From Promethearchaeota archaeon (lineage in GTDB: Archaea > Asgardarchaeota > Hermodarchaeia > Hermodarchaeales > Hermodarchaeaceae), in contig JBHLMG010000008.1 in assembly GCA_048938385.1 (NCBI GenBank), forward strand, positions 1-64,000: DNA of 64,000 nt. The letters run 5' to 3'. Below are positions 56,902-64,000 of this stretch, piece by piece. The notes beneath the pieces are model-generated. The model saw only the letters and a list, made by a program, of their open reading frames with translations. It made no database searches and was not told the origin of the DNA. The first letter of the stretch is position 1; each line of letters begins with the position of its first letter. Position numbers and translations under genes: made by a program.

Positions 56902-57786
56902 TTAACCACCATGTCGATGGATTTCATCTTCTAATCCTTTAATAGACGCGGTGAGTCGTATTCTTTCGTTTACATACTCCTCACCACTAATTTGCCCTTG
57001 TTGAATCTTTTTATCTAGTTCTCCCAATTCCCGACTAAGCTTCAGGATTCGTTCTTTTAACTGGTCAACATAATTTACTGTTCCAAGATTAGCACCCATT
57101 TGAGCAGGCGTGTACGAACCCACTATGATTCCATCTTCTATCCGAAGAATTCGCCGACTCGCAGAAGCAACTATGGGGTTATGTGTGACGAGGATAATGG
57201 TTTTGTTGTAATCCTGGTTGATACGCAAAAGATAGTCAACAATAATTCGACTAGTTTCGGAATCTAATTCCCCTGTTGGTTCATCTGCCAGTATTATGGG
57301 TGGATCGTTCGCTAGCGCTGCAGCAATGGCTACTCGTTGTTGTTGTCCACCGCTTAATTCATCTGGTTTATGGGCTAAACGATCAGCTAAATCAACGATG
57401 CGAAGTAGTTCTTCTGCTCGTTGTCTACGAGTTGCTCGATTTGTTTCATTAAAAATCATAGGTAATTCCACATTCTCCAAAGCAGTGAGAGTGGGAATGA
57501 GGTTCAAATTTTGGAAAATATGTCCAACTATCCTACGGCGATAATTAACAAGTAGGGACGCAGGAGTAAAACCCAGGGACACATCATCGACCATGATTGT
57601 TCCTGCATTGGCTCTGTCTAATCCTCCAAGGATGTTAAGGAGAGTTGTTTTTCCGGAACCTGAAGGTCCCATAATTGAGATCATCTCTCCTTTGTCAACT
57701 TCCAAAGATAGACCTCGTAGTGCTGGAATTTCAATATCACCCATTCGATACACTTTCACAACATCTTTACAAGATATGAATGTCAT
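56902..57786 (-). CDS. ABC transporter ATP-binding protein (LolD/MacB-like) with C-terminal coiled-coil extension
   Basis: GPSGSGKT, LSGGQQQR, ILADEPTG, VTH. Confidence 0.95.
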   Translation of the reverse strand: MTFISCKDVVKVYRMGDIEIPALRGLSLEVDKGEMISIMGPSGSGKTTLLNILGGLDRANAGTIMVDDVSLGFTPASLLVNYRRRIVGHIFQNLNLIPTLTALENVELPMIFNETNRATRRQRAEELLRIVDLADRLAHKPDELSGGQQQRVAIAAALANDPPIILADEPTGELDSETSRIIVDYLLRINQDYNKTIILVTHNPIVASASRRILRIEDGIIVGSYTPAQMGANLGTVNYVDQLKERILKLSRELGELDKKIQQGQISGEEYVNERIRLTASIKGLEDEIHRHGG

Positions 57787-57796
57787 TTTTTCATCC

Positions 57797-60544
57797 CTAC
57801 CTGAGAACCTCAGCTCCTTTTTGGGCCTTATGAGAAGCTAGTAAAACTGGTATTATTGCAAATACGATGAGCAGGATTATCAATGATAAAAACTGCAAAA
57901 TTAGATTAGGAGAAATAAGGATAGATATTTCCCGTGGGGTAAAAGCGTCTAAAGCTGTTAAATTCGTAACTTGGGCGTAAGACGCAACAATTCCTACAAA
58001 CCCTCCAATTACCAAAGCAAACAGTATCCAAAATACTGTTTCTCCTAGCAGAAGTATTCGGGTCTGTCGCAGGGAGGATCCTCGGGCTGCCATTAATGCA
58101 AGCTCACGCTCCTTTTCTTTCAATGAGGCTGTAATAATTATGATTGTACCAGAGGAAGCAAGTATGAATGAAAAGAAAACTTCAATTCGTAGGATATTCC
58201 CTGGAGCACTAAGTAAAGGATTTTGTGAATACTCGGCAAGTTGGTTCTGAAAGGATTCGATGGTTGATATATTTGGATATGATTCAATTTCTGCTACGAT
58301 TTCATTTACTTGGACTTGTAAGTCAGTTCGAATTAGCAATTGACAAATTGAATCTTCAAGAATTCCAAATTGTTCGAGCAATTCAAAAGACACTAATGAA
58401 TAATCGCCACGATGTGAGTCTGTTTCTTGTGTTGAGAATTCAACTGGACCAAAAAACCCCTTGACCTCTAATGGAATTGATTGAAGCCCTCTCGACACGG
58501 TTATTGTGTCTCCTAGCCTCAATGATGTTTGGGCTGCAATTCCCTTTTGAAGGATAATGGAACGATTGTTGGATTTCAACGCTTCGAAGGCTTCTCTTGA
58601 AGACACACCGCTGAACCAATTTTCTTCAAAATAAGCAGTCTGGCTCCATTCGCTTGCATTGATGCCTCTGATGACTCTGTTTCCCACCATATTAACTACA
58701 ACAGAGCTCCAATATTCAGTAGTAACAGACTGAACTCCTGGAATATTTTCTATAGTTGGAAGCAATGTTGAAGCATTTGAAGAGGGAAAAATGGTTACGG
58801 CAATATCTGATCCAACATCTGCGTAATTTGTTCGGTAAACATAATCTTGGTTACTAGCAAGGACTGCTAAGGTTTGAAACCCGTAAGCAATAACTAAAGC
58901 CAGAAGAAAGACAATAGCTGCGGTTCGTGCCGGGCTCCGTTTTATACTCCGGGTTGCAATGATGCCGGTGCCACCCATAAACCGTTGTAAAATTTTTCCA
59001 GATGCGTGATAGATGATTTGAGTTCCTTGAATGAGTAATTTACTGATTCCATATAAGAAGAGCAAAAGCGCAATTGGCGACACAGCTAGATCAAAAATAA
59101 ACCATGTCGACAAGAGGATCAGTAATAGTATTGAAGGCATTCCTATCTCTGTAATTATAGCAATAGGAGTAATCCCTGTTACCCACATTATAATTTTGTA
59201 TGTACCCAGCATTAAAGCGGTCCATACGATTGCTTTACTGTACTCACTCGGATGCGATGCAGGGCTATATTCTCTTAATGCTTCAACTGTCGGTATTTTC
59301 ACCGCATGTTTAGCTGAACTATAAATCGAAAGTGATGCAATTAGAACGGCGAACACTAAGGTCAAAAACATTAGGGGTACAGAAAAATCTGAAACGGGCT
59401 TAAAAATCGTGATTGGTCCTAATATCATAGGAAGAATAACAAAGGCAACTCCAATACCTAAGATCCCTGCAATAACTCCAATTAACAACGATTCGCTGAG
59501 GAAGATTCGCAATATTGTAGAGCGTTTTGCTCCTTTTGTTACTAACAAACCGATTTCTCGTCGTCTTAAATTAAATGTAACATCACTCATCGTCACTCCC
59601 AAATAAAGTGCGATGAATAAAATGGGTATAGCTGATATGATGAATGTAATCAAATGGTTTAACGAATTTCCTGTAATAAGGTCAATGTTTTCACGCAAAT
59701 AGTTGTAAATCGCTATGTTGGGTGAATCCCAAATCTCAGTAATCTCGTTTTCTAGGCTAGTCAATCTAATGAATGATCCCTGAACATCCAAGGGGTTGAT
59801 TACTGCAGATCTATCAAGAATTATCATGATGCTGTGCTCAAAAGCATGAGGGAGTGGGTATCCAAGTGTCAAATGATATGTTTCCCGAATTTCGGTTGCA
59901 AAGGTCAAGTCCCAACTAGTAATGCAGAGGAACCGATTTGGAGTATTTTTCCAACTTTCGGGGTCTTCAACTAAAAAACTAAAGGCTTGGTCAGTAACAG
60001 TGACAAACCCAGCGACTTGTAATGTAAGGTTTCGTGTGTAGGTTGTACCCAGCCCAACGAATACATTAAATGTGACGTTGAACTCATCTAAGAGTCTCAA
60101 ATCCGGGCGCATCGTCGATGAATTCACAATCCAGACTTGATTAAATCCTAGGGTGTTATTTCCAGAAACTACATTGATCCCATTGAAGGCTCGCGAATTG
60201 TTCTCTATCCCTGAATACACTTCCCATTTTGAAAGCTCACCTCTTGGACCCCAATACTCACGATTTTGAACACGTGTCACAATTTCTGTGTGAAGAACTG
60301 ACGGTAATTGACCTATCTCCCTTTCAAGATACCTTAATTCACCTGGCATCCATCTGTCAATAAACGATCCAACTTCAACATCAATGGGGTATCCTTCATA
60401 GGCTTTGTCGACCATACTCAGCAGTAATGCATTTGTACCAAACATAATTGTGCTAAATGTTGCTGTGGAAATGAAGACGCCACTAAAGAGAATAATAAAG
60501 AGCGTTTTACTGCGTGAAACTCTCTTAATGGCGTAGTTAAGCAT
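57797..60544 (-). CDS. FtsX-like ABC permease (duplicated MacB-type domains)
   Basis: RRREIGLL..KGA and KERELALM.ARG repeats; two large extracellular domains. Confidence 0.9.
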   Translation of the reverse strand: MLNYAIKRVSRSKTLFIILFSGVFISTATFSTIMFGTNALLLSMVDKAYEGYPIDVEVGSFIDRWMPGELRYLEREIGQLPSVLHTEIVTRVQNREYWGPRGELSKWEVYSGIENNSRAFNGINVVSGNNTLGFNQVWIVNSSTMRPDLRLLDEFNVTFNVFVGLGTTYTRNLTLQVAGFVTVTDQAFSFLVEDPESWKNTPNRFLCITSWDLTFATEIRETYHLTLGYPLPHAFEHSIMIILDRSAVINPLDVQGSFIRLTSLENEITEIWDSPNIAIYNYLRENIDLITGNSLNHLITFIISAIPILFIALYLGVTMSDVTFNLRRREIGLLVTKGAKRSTILRIFLSESLLIGVIAGILGIGVAFVILPMILGPITIFKPVSDFSVPLMFLTLVFAVLIASLSIYSSAKHAVKIPTVEALREYSPASHPSEYSKAIVWTALMLGTYKIIMWVTGITPIAIITEIGMPSILLLILLSTWFIFDLAVSPIALLLFLYGISKLLIQGTQIIYHASGKILQRFMGGTGIIATRSIKRSPARTAAIVFLLALVIAYGFQTLAVLASNQDYVYRTNYADVGSDIAVTIFPSSNASTLLPTIENIPGVQSVTTEYWSSVVVNMVGNRVIRGINASEWSQTAYFEENWFSGVSSREAFEALKSNNRSIILQKGIAAQTSLRLGDTITVSRGLQSIPLEVKGFFGPVEFSTQETDSHRGDYSLVSFELLEQFGILEDSICQLLIRTDLQVQVNEIVAEIESYPNISTIESFQNQLAEYSQNPLLSAPGNILRIEVFFSFILASSGTIIIITASLKEKERELALMAARGSSLRQTRILLLGETVFWILFALVIGGFVGIVASYAQVTNLTALDAFTPREISILISPNLILQFLSLIILLIVFAIIPVLLASHKAQKGAEVLR

Positions 60545-60644
60545 TTATAGACATCTCTTCTGAATGGTTTGAGAAAATATTTGAGCGCCTTTCCTCAACG
60601 AATATTTATTTAACTGTGATTATATCTGCATTCGAAAAATCGCC

Positions 60645-61094
60645 TTGCAGGTACTTGAAATGTCATCAAAGGATTTAGTTTCTGAACATGTCAGTGAAAT
60701 AATTAAAGATTCCACAAAACGCTCGTTTAAGGAACCATTCCTCTTAATCCTTGCAGGTGTTTTTATTCTCGGAGGGAGTGCTTGGCAGTTATTCAACATC
60801 TCTGACTTGGTACAGTTTCTTCCAGAAGAACTTATACCCCTTCTCCTATCCCAGGCCGTCGAGGGATTCTATATTGGTATTCTTATTGGCGCATTATTAT
60901 TTCTTAGTAGTGCAGTGATGTATCTAATGAATAAAACCATAGGTGCTGTTGTAGGACTCATCTGTTCTAGCCTTGGTTTCTTTGTTCCAGGCGCAGGTTT
61001 TTTCATTGGTCCTATTTTTGGTCTTATCGCTTGCTTTAATGTTTTAATGGTTAGTAAACCCATTGCGGTTGGAGATCCAAACGAAGTTCTCTAA
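60645..61094 (+). CDS. Small Gly-rich membrane protein
   Basis: 4 TM; GAGFFIGPIFGLI. Confidence 0.7.
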   Translation: MQVLEMSSKDLVSEHVSEIIKDSTKRSFKEPFLLILAGVFILGGSAWQLFNISDLVQFLPEELIPLLLSQAVEGFYIGILIGALLFLSSAVMYLMNKTIGAVVGLICSSLGFFVPGAGFFIGPIFGLIACFNVLMVSKPIAVGDPNEVL

Positions 61095-61202
61095 CTAGAA
61101 AATAAAATGGATATTCTCACAAAGCCTATTGAATTTAGTTTTTGGCTCAGAAGGGTTTTTCAAAGAATCAGAACTGGTTTTGAAAAATCCAAATCGATAC
61201 CC

Positions 61203-62522
61203 CTAAGGGGCTCTAGCGTTGGGTACTTCGATCTTTTTTTCCATGCTCTTGGTTTCATTGTGTATGCGTTGCCGTGTTTCGATGTTCCGAAAGAACACGG
61301 CGTAAACGAGAGTGGATGCTGTGTAACTGGTCAGGGTGAACCAGAAGGGGAGAAGGTATAATTGGAGATCAAAGAGGGGCCCAGTGATGAGCGTACTGAT
61401 AGCCCAGGGGAAGTTCCACGAAAAACTGGAGACGGCGCTCATCGTGGGACGCCACCGTTCAGGGACGAGTTCCATGCGTAAGGCACTATCTACGGGTCCA
61501 GAGGCGTTCATAAGGACAACGCGAAAAATGTAGCTCGCAATTGCGACATACGGGTCGATGATGGTGGCAATAAGGAGAAGGAAGGGTAGGGAGAAGCTCT
61601 GGGTAACCACAACAGTTTTGACCTTACCAATTCGTGTTGAAAGCACTGGCGCTAGAAAGACTCCGACGGCAACGGAGAGGGAGCCTAATCCTTGGATAAT
61701 GCCCACTAAATGAGTTGGTAAGTTGTAAAATTCCCAGAAGAAAATATTGAGGTAGGGAATGACGAAACCCGCGCCTAATCCGATGAGGAGATTGACAATG
61801 CTGAATCGGAGGAGCAGTGGTTTTACTTCTTTTTGCAATACAGGGCGAAGCGTGCTAGTTTTGTCGGATAATTCAATTGTAGTAAATCTGTCTGTTTCTG
61901 AAATTAATAGAAGGGGAACTATGCTGAGTGCTAACGGAATTACATGGATGAACAAGGCGAGTTGAAAGGTTGGAGGGCTATCGATGGGTAATTCCAAGGA
62001 GATGGCAAAGATGCTGGGAAGATACCCGGCGAAGGTGTTCGAAATGAAAGAACTTAAAATTACTATTGCTTGGGATGTTCCGAATAAATGGGTGCGTTCA
62101 TAAGCAGTACTACTCCGGGCAAGGAACGGTCCCCAGGATACATTGAGCAGAGCAAGGGCTAATCCGCTTACGACGCTTAGTGTGAGAAGGACCTCTGGCA
62201 GGGGGGCTCCAACTTGTAAGAAGCCCACCATGACTGAGATAATCATGGCGCTAATGAGGGCGGGTTTGGTTCCTACTCGGGAGACATATGCTCCCATAAT
62301 TAAGGAGGCGATTGCCATAGAAAAAGCGTTAAGAGACATGAGGCCCCCGAGGAATGTTTTGCTGTATCCTAAACTAATCCAATATAAGTTGAGGAGGGTT
62401 TGAGTGATGCCCCAACCGAAAGCGCGTGTGATGTTACTAAGGATGAGTTTTTTTGCGTTAGGGCTAAACTGTCGGATGCGCTGCCAATAGCCATTGGCTT
62501 CTTCTCGGAGAAATGTTGACAC
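61203..62522 (-). CDS. MFS transporter
   Basis: 12 TM; YERTHLFGTSQA and FWEFYNLPT shared with 51918-53261. Confidence 0.9.
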   Translation of the reverse strand: MSTFLREEANGYWQRIRQFSPNAKKLILSNITRAFGWGITQTLLNLYWISLGYSKTFLGGLMSLNAFSMAIASLIMGAYVSRVGTKPALISAMIISVMVGFLQVGAPLPEVLLTLSVVSGLALALLNVSWGPFLARSSTAYERTHLFGTSQAIVILSSFISNTFAGYLPSIFAISLELPIDSPPTFQLALFIHVIPLALSIVPLLLISETDRFTTIELSDKTSTLRPVLQKEVKPLLLRFSIVNLLIGLGAGFVIPYLNIFFWEFYNLPTHLVGIIQGLGSLSVAVGVFLAPVLSTRIGKVKTVVVTQSFSLPFLLLIATIIDPYVAIASYIFRVVLMNASGPVDSALRMELVPERWRPTMSAVSSFSWNFPWAISTLITGPLFDLQLYLLPFWFTLTSYTASTLVYAVFFRNIETRQRIHNETKSMEKKIEVPNARAP

Positions 62523-62599
62523 TGAAGCCTTCCTCTGTAAGTCTCAGGGGCTATGCTCAAACATTAAAAAGAATTTCCATCAGTTGCTTGAACATATCT

Positions 62600-63760
62600 C
62601 TACAGATCGTATTCTTTGTATACTTCGCGTTGAATTAGAAAACGGAGGATCTCAGCGGTTCCGCCTCCTATGGTCATAAGTCGTGCATCTCGAAGATATC
62701 GTTCCACGGGGCGTTGCTTTGTGTATCCAATTCCTCCAAGTACTTGTAAGGATTCAGTTGCCGTGTCGATGGCTTTTTCGCAGGCATATAATTTGGCGAT
62801 TGCTGCATCTTTCGTGGCAGGTTGTCCGGCATCAATCAAACGTGCGGCTTTGTATGTGAGTAGACGGGCTGCTTCAAGCTTCATTGCCATGTCAGCGATC
62901 TTAAAGCTGATTCCTTCAAATTCTCGAATCTTTCGGCGAAATTGTACTCGCCAGTTACTGTAATGAATGGCCTCTTCCATCGCTGCTCGTGCAACGCCGT
63001 TCATTTCTGCTGCGAGAATCGTTCGTTCCGCATCCAATCCTGCCATGACCACACGAAAACCTCCATTCAATTCACCAAGTATGTTTGTTTCTGGAACATT
63101 GACATTGTCAAGCTTCAGGCGACCCACATGGGCACCATGCATTCCTAAGAGCTCGTATTCTTCGGCAACTTCAAAACCCTTCGACTTGGTTTCAACGATA
63201 AAAGCTGTCATTCCTTGTTTCGCCTTTACTGTAGGATCTGTAATTGTATAACAGAGGATGTAATCGGCAATTGGACCATTCGTGATGAACCGTTTCTCCC
63301 CATTTATCACATAGTGATCGCCTTGTTTTTTGGCTCGGGTTTCTGTTCCAGCTACATCGCTTCCGACATTTGGTTCAGTGATACCTAGTGCACCTATCTT
63401 TTCTCCGCGAGCTACTGGCTTGAGATATTTTTTCTTCTGTTCCTCGGTTCCAAATTCGAAAACGGGGTGGGCAAAAAGAATACAAGAAGCTACACGGGCC
63501 ATGTCTAGACCAGCGTTGACAGCACAAATTTCTTCAGTAACTAATACTTCATACATGAGGCCTTTTCCGATACCACCATACTCAGGAGGGTAACGAGAAC
63601 CCAAATAACCGGCTTTTCCGAATTTCCGGATAATATCCCAGGCTTCTCTTTTACCGGTTTCAATGTCGTCTGAATACGGTGCAAGATTTCGCTGAACAAA
63701 ATCCCTTGTCTCTTCTTGAAATTTAACTTCCTCTTCGGTGAGCATAGTCATTTTTGTCAT
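62600..63760 (-). CDS. Acyl-CoA dehydrogenase
   Basis: ITEPNVGSD, NGEKRFITNG, R.QF, GGIGY, RDAR...IGGGT.EI. Confidence 0.95.
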   Translation of the reverse strand: MTKMTMLTEEEVKFQEETRDFVQRNLAPYSDDIETGKREAWDIIRKFGKAGYLGSRYPPEYGGIGKGLMYEVLVTEEICAVNAGLDMARVASCILFAHPVFEFGTEEQKKKYLKPVARGEKIGALGITEPNVGSDVAGTETRAKKQGDHYVINGEKRFITNGPIADYILCYTITDPTVKAKQGMTAFIVETKSKGFEVAEEYELLGMHGAHVGRLKLDNVNVPETNILGELNGGFRVVMAGLDAERTILAAEMNGVARAAMEEAIHYSNWRVQFRRKIREFEGISFKIADMAMKLEAARLLTYKAARLIDAGQPATKDAAIAKLYACEKAIDTATESLQVLGGIGYTKQRPVERYLRDARLMTIGGGTAEILRFLIQREVYKEYDL

Positions 63761-63860
63761 TTGAAAAACACCTTCACTCGCTTACAGACTCAAACGAATT
63801 TCAAGGAACCAAGATGCTTAAAGAGCTTCGCAACCCGCAAAAAATGTAACTAAAATGCTT

Positions 63861-64000
63861 CTAGCGTTTTGATTTGTGTAGGGCGGTTACTGCTTGTTCG
63901 CGTGTTCTGCGTTTAATTTCCTCAATCCTTTCAATAGCAGGAAGGATCGTGTCCACTAATTCGCTTTTTGCTTGGATTCCTTCATGAGTCAAGAAGGCAA
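63861..64000 (-). CDS. 3' end of a CDS entering from the right edge
   Basis: Open frame ...AFLTHEGIQAKSELVDTILPAIERIEEIKRRTREQAVTALHKSKR* ending at TAG 63861-63863. Confidence 0.55.
   Translation of the reverse strand, partial: AFLTHEGIQAKSELVDTILPAIERIEEIKRRTREQAVTALHKSKR

Noticed and set aside
1-64000. CRISPR array, tRNA/rRNA genes, transposase, integrase, reverse transcriptase or DGR
   Set aside because: No regularly spaced repeats, cloverleaf or rRNA-like tracts, or matching protein motifs seen by eye; a covariance-model scan is needed to fully exclude small RNAs

Overview
Gene-dense archaeal chromosomal window, most consistent with an Asgard archaeon. The evidence is a schizorhodopsin, a Rab-like GTPase, longin-like and RING-like proteins, a PGF/Loki-CTERM-like surface anchor, tandem Lrp/AsnC regulators and archaeal asparagine synthetase. 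I saw no rRNA, tRNA, CRISPR array, transposase or integrase. Most genes are accessory metabolism, transport or regulation. Main points: (1) a schizorhodopsin whose helix-C proton acceptor (E of the FSE motif) is Ser, with an Asp in helix B, at the head of a co-oriented run of rhodopsin, fasciclin, Bcp peroxiredoxin and STAYGREEN-like Mg-dechelatase genes. Base-excision repair genes (UdgB, PolX-PHP, Fpg/Nei) lie nearby, so this may be a light/photo-oxidative stress locus. (2) A split, GC-rich PolB2 plus PPB2 (arCOG07300-like) module. (3) Three genes that appear to start at CTG or ATC. (4) Eukaryote-signature-like proteins. (5) Several probable pseudoenzymes, operator arrays, an unannotated 38-aa ORF, a frameshifted membrane gene and a 23-bp exact intergenic repeat. 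All family calls come from motif recognition by eye, not database searches.
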